A stretch of DNA of 64,000 bases from Hormiphora californensis (Eukaryota; Animalia; Ctenophora). Position 1 is the first letter of the stretch. Each line of letters opens with the position of its first letter. The notes under the pieces were generated by a model that searched no databases, was not told the origin of the DNA, and saw only the letters and a program-made list of their open reading frames with translations. Made by a program: the position numbers and the translations under genes. The DNA is taken from positions 9,238,001-9,302,000 of the forward strand of contig CM035351.1 in the NCBI GenBank assembly GCA_020137815.1, in the 5' to 3' direction. This document shows, piece by piece, positions 1 through 30,440 of the stretch.

Positions 1-948
1 CCCTGAAGTTCCGGAAGAGTAGTAACATGCACAGATTCAAAGTATTCATGGTTAGTGTACAGCTGTAGTAGTGCATAACATTATGTAGCAGGATGCAGTG
101 GACCTACATTCCCATATGTAATCGGCTCTTATACACTTCTTTCTTAAAAGTTTCCCTCTTGTAATACTCCATCGTATACCCCCGGACCCCCTCCCTGACT
201 CCATTTCTACAGAGTACACCATTGAACATCCCGCTGGGTCACATAGCAGGGATGTACGATACGGTACCTAGCCAGTTACTACTGCAGCTAAACGATGAGA
301 ACCTTGACCACGACAAATCCTCCCGTGAACTGGGGATAACTGTCGCTGACATAATAGGTGGGAGATGTCAGATCCCCGTCAGATCATAAAAAATGGAAAT
401 CCCCTTTTGAATTTCTCACTCCCTCTGTTGCATTAATTTCAATTTATATTTACCAGAGGTATTGGTTGTTGGTGAGAGCAAGTCCGCTAAAACTACTACT
501 GACGCTGATGAAACAAGTTCCATGGCCAGGCAATTACCAGGGACTCTGACAATCAAAATACAGAGCACTGGTCATAGAAATAATGTGAAAGAAATAAAGG
601 TGTTCAAGGTAAGTACTTTTACAACATTTGACTCCCAGGAGAGGTTGGAGATAACTTGCCTTGTTCGACCCTTCCAGTGCATTTATAGAATAAAATACTA
701 AGGGTTCGAACCAAACAAGAGATAACATTAACTTAATTTCTGATCTTGTAATCCGTATCTGATATATTCCTCCGCAGAACAAAAAGCTTGCGGAGTACTT
801 GTTTGCAGTTACCAAGGAATTTGGGTATGGGGCTGCTCAATTTCGGTTTGATGGGGACTCTGTAGACCCGAAGAAGACACCTGGTGAACTTGACATAGAG
901 GATGGAGATTGCTTGGACATTTTAGAAGTAGACTTATCTCAACAATAG
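1..948 (+). CDS. NFATC2IP: 3' part of NFATC2-interacting protein (NIP45/Rad60/Esc2 family, tandem SUMO-like domains); exons <1-50, 213-357, 457-608, 778-948
   Basis: Phase-consistent GT-AG exons give ...STPLNIPLGHIAGMY...LGITVADII...LTIKIQ...FRFDGDSVDPKKTPGELDIEDGDCLDIL...*. Two SUMO-like domains, no terminal di-Gly. Confidence 0.85.
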
Positions 949-1244
949 ATCTGTATATTTTAATGAGAATTAGGATTTAAATCAGTAACTTACTCAACAA
1001 AAACTTATTTAATTAGTTAACCGTTTTTAAGGTTTTGTTTTTACAATTTACATGATGGTGAATTTGTTTCTACATATTCCTATATTGTATTGGTTACAAA
1101 TCTGAATTATTCACATTCTATCTAGATATTGAGTTTGTTAAATTTTCGTATTTTACCGGGATCTTGACCCCCCCCCCCCCCCCCATTAAAGCCACCCACT
1201 CTAACTCATTGTTATTATTTAGGATGCTGAATTGAAGCCATGGA

Positions 1245-13451
<12,207 letters not shown>

Positions 13452-13915
13452 AATTTGGACAATTTATCAATAAACACTTCAATTCTTCAACCCTTCACTA
13501 GTCCTACTTGTATACTACAGCTTCGAGGTCTATTATAAAAAGCTGGACGAACTGTATAATACTTGATTATTTGCATGGTAATGGAGACTGGGTTCTTTGA
13601 AATTAATAGATGACATGTTTTCGTGAATTTTTATACTGTTTTTGTTTCTGATGATGTGTGATTAAATTATAACTCGTATAAATTCGTTATATTCCCTAGA
13701 AATATATATTTCTCGTTGAATTTATTTCCCAACAGTGATTGAAATGACAACTATAACAGCTGCAACTAGCTAACCATCCCTTCCCCCGGTCTCTTAGACT
13801 AGTAGTGCACTAAGAAAGGGCATATATAATACTGATTTTCCCAGCAATTCCCCAAATTTCTGCTCCCCCAAATCGACAACCACTAAACTGCCCCCACTTC
13901 CTCATAGCAATTAAA

Positions 13916-14089
13916 ATGTTGGGTGGAGAGGAATTGGATTACCAGGATTTTATAAAGCTCCACAAGGCCCAAATGGAGCACATTGGACTTCCGCAACACT
14001 ATTATAGGACCGTGTTTGAGAAAGTGGAAGCGGAAATATACGACAGTGGGAAATATTTCATTATGATGACAGACGGGACTAACTGGGAG

Positions 14090-14129
<40 letters not shown>

Positions 14130-16119
14130 TTCTGTCTGTCTGTCTGTCTGTCTATCTGTTCTTTTGGTATGTCTTTCTGTCTGTCTGTCTGTCTGTCTAT
14201 CGGTTCTTTTGGTATGCCTGTCTGTCTGTTTGTCGGTATGTCTGTCTGTATGTATGTATGTCTGTCGGTCTGTCTGCCTGTATATCTATCTTCCATAATG
14301 TCAGCACTGCCGCACCCCGCCGCTGGTATAACAACTCGTGTTGTTGCAGGTGCAGGCAACACGATATATCGATCCAACTGATGCCAATACCGTCTTCCTG
14401 ATTGACCACTGTTGGACCTTTGACCCTGAGCAGTGTAGACGCGCCCTGGTTGAGATACCTGGTCTGGCACGGAGGGTGACATCCATCCTGCCCAGAATGG
14501 ACGATGAGGGAGAGGAGAGTGATCAGAGTGAGGATGAGGATGGAGAGATGGCGAGGGAGAAGTTGGACAAACTAGCTGACAAGCTCACCGAGCGGATCTG
14601 GGATGTAGTGGAGACGTATACAGTACAGAAGGATGAGGATAAGGTGACTCTATGCTACCTAATGGACGAGTTTGGGTCACGTATTGGGCATTGTGACACC
14701 CCCAATGTGAAGTTTGCACCTTTCTTCCATATCACCAAGCAGTTTGCTATCACCCTCATGTGGCCGGTGCACCCTGAGGACGGGTTAGATGTGGGAACCA
14801 TCATTACCCGAGATGTGGCATTTGGGGAGGAAGATTCCGGGAAACGGGCGGCACGTCTAGCTGCTCTAAAGGGCAAATCGGCTGATTTAGATGCCCTCAC
14901 TCTCTCTGAGGAGAAGTTGGACCCCTTTAAAATGTATGGTCGAAAGGAACAAACCCTTGCCGACCTTGAGGGGATAACGGACGAGGAACACCCAGCAACA
15001 AAACAACTCCAATCGGGTAACCCTATTAAAATCTGTACTGATCTCCCCTTCATGGCTAATGCCATAACAGACCCACAGTTTGAGGTTGTTGAGTCCCAGG
15101 AAGAGGCAGATATGCTCTTCTCCTCCGTCCACTTCGACCAGTTCAGACAGTTGGGAGAGAACCACCCGACTAAGATTGTCAACCAGTTCCCGAGTGAGAA
15201 TGTTATCTGTTGTAAGGATCTGCTGTTGAAGGTTGGACGGAGGTCTACCCTTCCTCAATCTGAGCGGGACACAGCGGATCAGCTGATCAGGTGTGCGATG
15301 AACACCGCTAAGATCGGCTGGGCAGAACGTCTTCACCCTTGGTGGATGCCCATAGGATTCGATCTGGTTAACGAGCTGCCTGCCTTTGTGAGGCATTACC
15401 TGGAGAACAGGGAGGCTGGCAAGGATAACACATGGATTGTGAAACCATGGAACTTGGCACGTGGTAAACACACGTACGTGACAAGGAACCTGTCTATGTT
15501 GGTTAAACTGGCATACACCTCCCCTAAAATAGTTCAAAAGTACATTGAACGTCCCGTGCTATTTTACCGAGGTGATGTTGGGAAAGTTAAGTTTGATATC
15601 CGATATGTCATCATCCTCAAATCAGTCCATCCCCTGAAGATCTACAAATACAATGTGTTCTGGTTGAGGTTCGCCAATAAACCATTTGGACTTGACCAGT
15701 TCGACGAGTACGAGAAGCACTTCACTGTGATGAACTACCAAGGAAAGGGCTCCTCTCTGAAACAGATCCATGATGTTGAGTTCACCAAGATGTTCGCTCA
15801 GCAGTATCCTGATCACCCGTGGAGCGGGGTTGACAAGGAGGTTTGCAGGATGCTCCGAGAGTGCTTTGAAAGTGCCACCTGCCTCCCCCCACCTAGAGGC
15901 CTCGGTAGGTCACCCCAATCACGGGCTATCTACGCGGTTGACTTTATGTTGAAGTGGGGTGAGGGAAAGAAGATGGTGCCCCAAATGTTGGAGATCAACT
16001 TTAACCCTGATAACCAGAGGGCATGCAAGTATCACCCGGAGTTTTATAACCACTGTCTCAAAGCACTAACTGGACAAAACGTGATTTCCGATGAATTACC
16101 TGTCACCGAAATTCTCTGA
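13916..16119 (+). CDS. TTLL12: Tubulin-tyrosine ligase-like protein 12; exons 13916-14089, 14350-16119
   Basis: Motifs FLIDHCWT, YLMDEFGSRIGH, NQFPSE, WIVKPWNLARG, KFDIRY, FWLRFAN, EKHFTVMNY, RAIYAVDFML and EINFNPD..RACKYHP. Confidence 0.95.
14093..14281. repeat. (TCTG)n microsatellite filling the TTLL12 intron
   Basis: Directly visible; accounts for several spurious ORFs. Confidence 0.95.
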
Positions 16120-16754
16120 GACACTTTTTGATCACCCGCGAACAATCTTGGTTACGAAGTCACCCCTAATACGCTTAGTGGGGAGGGGTAATTTCATTAC
16201 CAACGAACAATCGGGAAGTCACAAACTTTTAGATTTTTTTAAATAAGGGGATCCACTTAACTTATTATTAACTTATTCACTTTAGTTGACACACAATAAG
16301 TGCCATAAACGTTCCAGTGGGGCGAGAGTTTCAAATTTGAATTACCTTACTAAGATTTTATTATGTGGTACCACTCACATACCTCATACAAGAAAATAAA
16401 CCCCTTTTCAACTTTTTGCAATCTCAAGCTATAGGACTGAGAATTTTGTGGGCAAAACGTCGATAATATTGTACGTGTTTTAATGGAAGTATTCATAACA
16501 TATCAAGGCTTGAATATAATAGTTGAATAGTTATCAAAATCACACAGATTGGATGTGGTGGCACTGGTACAGTACTGACAATTCAGTATAATAAAACCTT
16601 AAAAGGTGAAACTTGAAGCTCTCGCCCCTGCTTTTTACTTTTCTACCATCGTTTATCCAGTTAACAGGAACACCTGTCATGCCTCATAGCCACTACCTAG
16701 AATTTCTAATTTTCCCAGAACCACCAGTAACTCGTCTCCTTGCTAGTTTCCAGA

Positions 16755-19134
16755 ATGATTGTGGTGTTGTGCGTTAGGGAGACCCTCAAGAGAGGCTGTA
16801 TGATAAGGCGGTTTGCCAGCAGATCAGGGAACCCACCATCCCAGGAGGAGTCAGCCATTAGAAATATTGGAATTGTCGCCCACGTTGACGCAGGTATGAA
16901 CTGCCAGCGCATATTGGCCTGACAGGGTATGAAGCTTTTTGAAGGGTCCAATTAATCAAGTACAGTAATTGTCTAAAATAGTCTCAAGAATAAGCAATAA
17001 CTCCTTAATTTGGTCTGCAACCATTTTTTGGGTTGCAGCCCTTCGACTTCAAGGGGAGTTACCCGATTTGTCTCGTCAAATTTGACAGGATATTCTTTTT
17101 GAAAAGATATTAACATTTCACTAAATATCTCCGTCTCGTTTTCTGCCAGGTAAGACCAGTGTGACGGAACGGATTCTGTTTGAATGTGGTGCTTTGAGAA
17201 CGGCTGGTAGTATAAAACACGGAACCACTACAACAGACTATCTCCAATGTGAACGAGACAGGGGTATAACGGTGAACTCTGCATTTGTACAGACCTACCT
17301 GGAACAACCACACCATCAATATCATTGACACACCCGGGCATTTAGATTTCAACTTTGAGGTTGAACGCTGCTTACGGGTCTTAGATGCCGCTGTTCTCGT
17401 GATAGACGGGGCCCAGGGAGTGGAGGCCCAGACAGTGACGGTGTGGAATCAGATCAGGAGGTACCGCCTTCCTTGTCTCATCTTTATAAACAAGTGTGAT
17501 AGGGAGTCAAGCAGTGTTGAGAGGTGCTTAGAAGGGCATAAGGGAGGAGTTGGGTGTTGAACCCATACTATTGAACACCCCCGCCACTACATCCACCCCA
17601 AGGTATACTCTAACAGGGGTGGAGGACCAGAGGGAAAGTAAGGAGGTAAAGGAGCTGCTCATGTTAGCTGACTCTAGATTTGAGGCTAAGTATTCAGGAG
17701 TACCAGGTTGATCGAATTCCTCCGTGGGCAATTACTCGCTCCCTCCGCTATGTCAACAATTTGTATAAGAATGACTTCGTGCTTGTTTGCGTAGGCTCAG
17801 CCATATCGGGTGTGGGTGTTCCGGAATTTCTAAACCACGTTACTGAACTCCACCCATCCCCACGGAGAACTTTCTCACAATTGCCGGAAATTTTCCAGGA
17901 ATCTCGTAGTTCTGCAGTTTGCGGGGTAGTGTTTAAAAGTTCACGTGATTCCCGCAACTCCGTTTTCTGTCAGTCACGCCTCTACGCGGGGAAGCTGAAA
18001 CTCAGAGAGAAGTTATTTAATCTCCGGTCACGATCGGATGCCGTTGTGTCAGGAATTTGGAGTAATCAGGCAGGCCATAAAACAGAGTTATCCTCGGTAG
18101 GAAAGGGTGAAATTTGTATGATTTCGGGCTGTGAAGATTTCCGGACGGGCGATGTGTTTGTATCAAGCGAGCTTAAGAGAAAGATTGACAAGGAAATGAT
18201 TGAAAAATTCCGGTTGTTAGACTCTGGTCTGGATCAGCACCGAGAACCGCTATTCTTTGCCAATATAGAGGCTGATACTGCGGCAGAGACAACCAAACTG
18301 ACCCGAGCCCTGGACCAGATGAGTTTTGAGGATCCCACGCTGGAGGTGAAGGAGGTGGATGATGGGGTTATAGAGGTCGGGGGAATGGGTGAACTTCACC
18401 TCAGTATTGTGAAGGATAGGCTTCAATCTGAACACGGAGTGAACTGTAGGATTAGGAAAATCAGGGTCAACTTTCAGGAGGCCCTCGAAGATTCTTTTGT
18501 TTATTTTGCTGAGGATGATGTTATCGGTTCGATAAAGATTGAGATAGAAAGCATCCTACCTGCTCGGTTTAATAGGTATAAGGTCCATGTAAACAATGGT
18601 CGGTTCCACAAAACTCTGCTTGATAAACTCTATTCTTCAGTCAAGAGTGCCATGTGCTTTGGACCCCTCATAGGACACAGTGTGATGGGTGCCAGTGTCA
18701 AGGTGACCATCTGGCCAGTCACCGACTTCACCCTCCTCAAATCAACTAAATCTGAAATCAGGCCCTTCAAACGAGCCATGGACTCCGTTATGAGAGCTGC
18801 GATCAGGGAAAACAAATCCATGTTTGTGTTGAGTGAGCCAATAGCAAACTTTACAGTGGAGGGACCTAATCATTTATCTGCAGAGGTGCTCTCTGATTAC
18901 AACAGCCTCGTCTCTCATCCCAGTGTTCAGGTATATCATTTCGGGCCGAATGATAAAAACTTTAGAATGCATGCCTGGGCACCCCTCGTTCAGTTGCTAG
19001 GTTACCCGGGGAGACTGGGGAAGCTCACCAAGGGTAGGGCCACCCTAACGAATCTTAAAGTGGGAAATTACCATGCCATGGACCGGGAAATCTCTGAACA
19101 AACTGTGAGGAGCATTAGACTTGGTCTTTGTTAA
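16755..19134 (+). CDS. GFM2: Mitochondrial EF-G2 / ribosome-releasing factor 2; exons 16755-16893, 17150-19134; three +1 frameshifts in exon 2 (pseudogene, assembly error or recoding)
   Basis: Motifs [13 protein letters not shown]|[37 protein letters not shown] and GMGELHL; basic N-terminal presequence. High divergence favours GFM2 over GFM1. Confidence 0.8.
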
Positions 19135-19333
19135 TCTGTTAATCTGTTTAATTTATTGTGCTACTATTTTTTTACAAAAAAAATTTACAGGCAGATCATT
19201 GTTTTAGTCAGATCGTTGAATGAGTATCCCCCCCCCCCCCCCCCCCGATTAAAGGTGCAACGAGAGACAGATGTTTTCGAGTTGTAGGTACTCTTAAACC
19301 AAATACATATGTTTCCTACAGATAAAATGTCAT

Positions 19334-23093
<3,760 letters not shown>

Positions 23094-24269
23094 ATACCTC
23101 TCTCAAGGTAGGATGTTAGGGTACAATGGGGCTTGTTATTATAGGGGTTATGAGGGGACCAGCTCCTATACTGCATGGAAATAACTTTGGCGGATCGAGG
23201 CCCGCCGCACAATTCGGGCCGTGGTGTCCTTGCACATTCAGACCGCCCTATGTGGTTCACGAACCAAAACCAGTCCTGCTGCACACAATAGCAGCCAAGG
23301 CCAAAAAATCCAAACCTGCCCTGAAATCCGGGATTGATCTGGCTTTTTTGGCCTTGCCCCCCCCCCCTTTAAAATCACGTACAACGTGCTTTTCTTGCTT
23401 GTTAGGCTCCTGAAAGTACCAGTAACGTGCACAACGGTCCGCCTTATTCATTTTCCGTGGTCTATATAGACCATATGAGGGTACTGCAGCTCCTAGAATA
23501 GTTCACACATGCAGTGTTGAATGCTGGACAGTGGGCACTACTGTGTTCTAACTTGTCTTCTTGAGTAGTGGTGTGTGGTGAGTTTGATAGTACTGCAATC
23601 ACCAACCAACCAACCAATCTGAATAGTGAATATATGGCCCCATGTATCACAGGGGCCTGTTTATGAAATTATAACATGCATCAAAGAAACAAAGAATTCA
23701 TGAATAATTATCTCAACATGTCATTATGACTTTATCTCATCTCATATGATGTATGAGAAAGTATATGAACCCATTCTTGATTCAGCGTGGCGAGAAGCTC
23801 TTTCATGATGTTTTACATTATCACGTGTTCGCGGTTTTGCAGGGCACTGAGTGAATTAATCTCGAGGGAGAGATGTTTGTTGTGGTACAATGATATGAAA
23901 AACAAAGCTTCAAGAAGTTGGAATTACACAACTGAGAAAGTGAAAAGAAAATGCGATAGAGTTTTGGAAAAACAGTCATACCCCCCCCCCCCCCCCACAC
24001 GTAGCCACCGGGAACTCCGATTTATTAGGCAAATTCCGTTTCGTAAATTCCGGTAACAGGTTAGCATAGGATCCCAAACCCCCAAACGTCAGTTTGACGT
24101 AAAAAGCAGCATTTAACGTGTGTGAAATCTAAGTGTCATCTCCGGAGGACATGCAATTACTATTTTCTACATTCTTGCTCTACAACCCACCACTATACGT
24201 GGTATTAAATATAATTAATTATCCTTATATTTTAACTATTAATATGACGTGATCAACTGCTATAGCCCA

Positions 24270-24910
24270 ACTTGTTCATCGGACAATTACCTACCGTTCA
24301 AGATGTAATAAAACGGGTTATCTTTAATTTGAAACTGTACTGAGCAATGGGCCTCCGAAAAATTTTGGTAAAAATTAGAAACTTTCACTTCCGGGTCTCA
24401 TCAGGATTGGCTTATAATCAAAAACTCTACAGTAAAAGATAGTTCTTAGTAAGTTCTAAGACATGGTAAAGCCAATTATTTGATTGGTTGACTTTTAAAG
24501 TGAATAATTGACGTTTTCGAACATGTACCCCAAAACGGGCCAGTTGTTATGTGTATTTTTCGCTTTTTATGTAACATTTACTGTTCTAATGGATACTAGC
24601 GAACGCGTAGAGACCCAAATCGCCTATATATTTCATCCTCAGACGATTTGCTATCGATTAAGCACCATAGGAGCTAAAAATACTTTACCAGTTTTCTTAG
24701 GGCAGCGTTTAAAAAACTTTGGTTATCCCGAACAGCGGCAACAAGAGTGGGGTAGAGAAAATAGCCTGATGGAGCCCCAGAACAGCCTTATACCGATATC
24801 AAGCATGATAATCCAATCCAAAATTGCGTGAGAAAAACGGTGGTGAAGTCCATTTTGCTCTATCTCAAACCATTTTCCCATAAAAGCCAAACGAAAATCT
24901 TTACTGGACA
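24270..24910. mobile_element. Truncated, diverged copy of the Harbinger-like element at 39027-39935
   Basis: Shares long blocks, e.g. GGTAAAAATTAGAAACTTTCACTTCCGGGTCTCATCAGGATTGGCTTATAATCAAAAACTC and CAGCGGCAACAAGAGTGGGGTAGAGAAAATA. Confidence 0.8.
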
Positions 24911-25334
24911 ATGTGTGTATGAAGTGAGTGGGTGATGTCTACAGCAGTTCAGTGCATATTTAATACAATATCCCTTATATTTTCATATCAAATATTCTTG
25001 TCACCCTTCAAGTTCATCTTTTATCCAGTTAATTTAGTTTCTGTCACGTACAACGCCTTGGAATGTGATTCTTATCTCTAAATATATGTACACATGTTTT
25101 ATGAGGGCAAATGAAATTCCAGTATCCCTTTCTGTGACAGATAGCAGTTTATCGTTATCCCCTTCAATAACTATAATACTGCTTTTTCTGATAGAATTGC
25201 ATTAGAAAATAAAACTCGTAATTCAAAACATCAGTATGATGTCAATCTGAAAACATTCAACATTTTAAAAGCCAAAATGTTTTAAAATCTCAACACAAAA
25301 TTCACAACAAAATAAAATATGTGTGTCTCCCCGG

Positions 25335-26991
25335 CTACTTTTTAATTTTACGTATACTGACAACTAGTGGTAAAGCCACCATAGTAGAGTTTATAAGTCC
25401 ATGTAAAGGTGCTATAAGGTTGCAGAAATACTGCATTTTCTTGATAATCCCCAATGACATGTTAAATTTAGTCATCATTACATATACCAGCTGGGTGGTG
25501 TACATGAGATGGTAAAAGAGAAAGAGGGTAATAGTCCATAGCAGCACGTAGAAATATCTGGATAAGATGTAGTCTCGCATTGCCTGGGAGCTCATACGAA
25601 CTATATTCCGGCGGTTGTACTTCCGTTTAGGAGATAGGTTGATAATTACTCTGCTAGATCGATGGCACACATAATTTGATCCGGGTAGGTCTGCCATCTC
25701 GATACCAAATGCGTTAGAATTCTTAATCCTGTGGGATGGAAGTCGGGTTAATATCAGGGACAATAATATCATTGTAATTGGTAGAATGGTTGGTGTAATG
25801 ATTGAGGATGGATAATAGTATAGAGAATAGTATAGAGAATAGTATAGAGAATAGTATAGAGAATCAATGATCGATTATATTTTAAGACTTACACAGTGTT
25901 ATGTTCAGACTTGGTCTTGATCTCATTATTGTTTTTCCGATTACGTCCCCTGTTATGCTTGTAGTTACTAAACTGTCCCATCACATTCCTCAGCATGACC
26001 GAAAGGAGGGCCGTTAGCGATGACATCAGAACTGTAGTGGCCACAAAGGTTAGATAGGAGTTTCCCGCCAAGATTTCGATAGGTTCTTGTTTTACCTTGT
26101 GCTCGAAAAACAGGGTCTGAAATTATGGAAAGTGTTAATACAATTATAACTTAAAAACAGATGGCACATAAGGTGGCAGTATCATCTGGAGATTCTTGTC
26201 TTGTTCGACCCTGTCTCACCCCCATTTATGTAAAGGAGAGTTAGGACATGAGTTAGGACATGAGTTAAGACATGACTAATTCTTACATGAATATAAAGTA
26301 TGGCTGTTGTGGCCCAGGCACATATGGAGGAATAGAACACACGCTCCTTTGTTATCCAACTCTTATAGCAAAATGGTTTGGCACACGCTATCAACCTATG
26401 TGGGAGGCATTCTGTTAGAAATATTGAAAATTATAATCATTCAGAAAGGTTATTAATATCGATGCATGTTGTAATTCTCTCTCAGATTTCAAGAATCTGT
26501 CTCGGAGTCACTGTTCTGTAGAACGTACCTCGTTACTACTATAAAGTTGATATGAAAGAGAGATCCTATCCGCAGTACTAGGCAGAATGGCTCCACTGGA
26601 AACAGATTAGCTAGACACAACTGGAATAATTAGGGGTTATTGATGTTTATTGACTAATTACAACCGATAAAAGACGTTTCAATCTAACTTGTTACGAGGA
26701 CAGTCTTGTATACAAGATATAGAATAGAAGTTGTGGAAACAGCACTTGGAGTCTTACCCGAGTGTCAAGTGGATCGTTGGTTGCTGCAACTAGAATGGAC
26801 AGCACAGTGGCAGTAGTGTCATTTAATGTTAGACTGACAATGTTAGTCGTTCGTTTGGGGAACTTGGATGTGTAGATGGTGAAGAAGAACACTGCCAGAA
26901 AACAGATGTTGAGGGGAAGAGCGATGGCAGAAACGATGTAAACAGGAACGGATTTGCTCAGGTTGCTTGAAGATAAACCGGTGGTGCTCAT
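25335..26991 (-). CDS. Divergent rhodopsin-class (7TM) GPCR; exons 26991-26758, 26620-26529, 26395-26287, 26116-25893, ~25728-25335
   Basis: Seven hydrophobic segments; TM1 Asn (LPLN), TM2 LNDT, TM3 end TRLIACAKPFCY (DRY equivalent), TM4 Trp, TM7 GLINSTMV. Phases consistent. Confidence 0.7.
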
Positions 26992-27223
26992 GTTGCAGGA
27001 TAATATGTACCCTTGAAAAAGTGAGGTGTTTTGATTAGTTTTGAAAAACAGATTTAGCATATTAAACGCCCCTGGCGCTGAGATACGAGAAATATAATAT
27101 ACGTCGCGTGGTGGTATTAATGTTATCAAACAAAGAGCACCAGTTCGCGCTCAAGAATAAGATTAAACAAGGTGTTATGTATTTTCATCTTCTGGGCTCT
27201 GAGCAGGTTAAGAAAGAAAGAGG

Positions 27224-27316
<93 letters not shown>

Positions 27317-30169
27317 GGTTTAGAGAAACCAACAGTAAAGCATGTTTCTTCTAAGAAAATGTTTAGAAACAATCTCGGAAATATGAGATAATCAATCTGC
27401 TGCAAGAAAAGCAATATATCAATGGCAAAACAACAGGTTAACAGTGTTCACGGCAGTGGAATGATGTTTTTTTGTTTTTTTTCGTGTCTTCTCCGAAAAA
27501 AAAAATTCTACTGCCGTGAACACTGCCGTGAACACTGCCGTGAACACTGTGGAATGATGTTGTGGTGTTGAGGGAATGAAAGTCACACACTAGTGGTTGA
27601 CTCAACCGTTGAGTATTGAGGAAAAACGTGGCATTTTTAATGATGTTAGAAGTTTAATATGTGTCTATCCCCCATATGAGATTGGATATATTTGAAATTG
27701 GATGAGCGGACATATATTTTTTACATGTTGAAATGCCAAAGGGCATTAAAACGGGGGAGTTGCATATTAGAAGTATCAGGCACTATCAAGTCTTGCCGGT
27801 CTCGCGGTGGCCACAGTGGGGGAATGGCTCGGTAAATCAAGCACCGTAATTGATATAGTGAATATTGATGGGAAACTTTACCGTCCGAGAGTTAAGTGAA
27901 TGTCATTGCTCTTTCATTGCTCTTTCAGCCCGATAAGTGCTATGGTCGTAATTACACATATACTCGAGACTGAAAGGCTGGCGGGAGCGACTATTTAACT
28001 TCAATAATGATCGGTCTATTCGGAAAGCAGCATACTATATAATATATCAGATATTATGGGTAATAGAGAAAGTAAGGAGTAGTCAAAAAGTTCACTGTCA
28101 GTCAATGATGTACTTTCAGTGAGCTACTACATACAAATATTATTTAGGCCTGACGCATTAGCATGTACTCGTTAATAGCTATTTAGTTGCATACCTTTCA
28201 GTATAGCAACCTCTGCTTTTATTCAGTATAGGCTCTAAGAGGAAAATTGGCACCTTAAATTTCGATGTACGCACTACGGGGAAGGTCCGGGCCTATATAT
28301 AGGACATAGGTCCTTAACTATTATAGGCCGCACCCGTACGCTACTTTAATTTAAAACCCTCCCTCATTTGTTTATGTGGAAACCCAATCTCACTCGTCCC
28401 GAAATGAAATACAAAGATCCCATACATATCCACTGGATATTATCCAGCGGGAGTAATCAGGCATATTGGACCTAGATATCACCATGGTTACTATAGAGCA
28501 TAGAATCAGCGAATAGGAGAAGGAATACGAAGTCTCATTCATAATGCTTGACATATAATGCAGCTGGCAATGCCAGTGATATTGGGAATTATAATTGGAA
28601 GCGTATTGCAGCTATACGCTTCCAATTAGGCAATAGCCAGTATTTCATGGAAATCCCCTAGCGTAAAGCATTTACGGTAGGCCCGTATGTGATTTCAAGC
28701 ACAAAGGTGAAAGGAAAATGGTGATGACAACTACCGTTTAAAGAGTGACACAAGGAAATCAAATTGAAGAACAATAATTCAGAAACAAGAAGAAGTGTCA
28801 AGAATCACGCAGCTCCTTTTAAGAGAGCAGCATCACAGAGCAGGAAGCGTGTCGGTAATGTGGGCAGTGAGTGCAGTAGCAGCATCTGTCAGAACCTGCA
28901 CCATGTGAACACTGCACCATGTGAACATACTGCACCATGTGAACATACTGCACTGAGAATTACAGATTACTGGAGGGCGTGTCTGTGATTTCAGCAGTCT
29001 ACAATGAATGGAAAGTTAGATACTAATTAATGTCTATCTCAATGCAGTATCACGCAAGCAGTGACAATATGATATATAGATGTCTAAAGTGCGTGACAGC
29101 CGCAGAGACACATCAAGCAGAAATAGAGTGAAATATATTGTATGTGGTACATATATTTTATACCACCATCTCTCACGCGTTGTGAAAACGTCGGGTGCTT
29201 GTGAGATCCCTTCTAAAATATACATTTATATATATAGGGTAGTTATAGGATATTGAATTCACGGTGGTGAAATTGCTAGCAACTCCTGGTATGGATTTTC
29301 TTTCCTAAAGTAATGTGGCTTTCGACGAAATTATTACCAAGAAAACCACCGATTCATGAACCGAATTTGGCCGTACTGACCACTAGAATATATTTCCGGT
29401 GAATATGACCGGCCAGTTTTTTCCCGGAACTGTTCACAATACTCTCTGCAGCAACCATCCCGGTCCAATCTGGTGGATTATCCGGCGCTATGATTTCTAA
29501 ACCATTACCTACTCTAATCTAAATTATTTATGAATAACACCTACATAATGGAAGTAGACTCAACGCTATGCATATTTACCGCCATCCTGGGAGTAGCACA
29601 GTAAATAAATGCAGTACATAATCAAATATTGGGTCTAGGCCGTGCCCGGGAGACTGTTTGATAGCAACTGAGAGGCACGGTGGGCTGGAAACAACAATTC
29701 GAGATTTGCGTTATAATCACCTTCAAAAGTCGGATATTTCAACAAGAAACGCCTGCCCCCTCTTTCCTATCTCATTCTCTTGAGGGGGGGGGGGGGTATG
29801 ACCTAATTATCCCTGGTGCTAGTCATGTGACTCTCGATTTTTACCCTAGCTTGGATCTATGTAGCGGTGACGTGACTTATGGTGCTAAATTTAGCACCGA
29901 GGGTTATCAGGACATACACGTGACCTAGAATGGATTTCACAAAGTCAGATAGAATTGTCTTGTTCGACCCTCTCGACAGATAATAATAATAATAATAATC
30001 GCACCTGTATGCAGACCACAATATTATACCCAATACTAGACTCTAAAAACCCTATATCACGGAGTAACCAGAACGGTTTACCTATGTTGCCAAGTCCTTT
30101 AAATCTATTAAAAATCATAATTAGTTTAGACCACAACAGAAACAGATCAGTCCAACACACAATAAAATG

Positions 30170-30440
30170 TCCAGATTCATAACCTTACTACCTCTGATTG
30201 CAAAGTTGCTTCCAGGTTCCGCCTTCTCCTTCAGCTCAGTCACCACCGTTCGCCTTTCCTCAGGTCTGGGGATATGTGAACGTCCTTATGATCCTCAGAT
30301 TTCTTCAGACCACTCTTGCGAGACAGAATCTTATCAAGAAATTCTCTTCCACACACCTCTCTGTACCCTTTCATCGCTCTCAGCCGGTGTTTGAAACTAC
30401 AAGCAGAGGTTGTACTACCACTCATAGCAGGACATATTGA
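30170..30440 (-). mobile_element. Degenerate non-LTR retrotransposon (CR1/L2-like) ORF1 remnant
   Basis: ILSRKSGLKKSEDHKDVHISPDL followed, after a frameshift, by VVTELKEK...FAIRGSKV resembles CR1/L2 ORF1 C-termini. Recognised from memory only. Confidence 0.4.

Noticed and set aside
14655-15816. Long antisense ORFs over TTLL12 (and similar ones over GFM2 and RAD1)
   Set aside because: Shadow ORFs of well-supported coding sequence.
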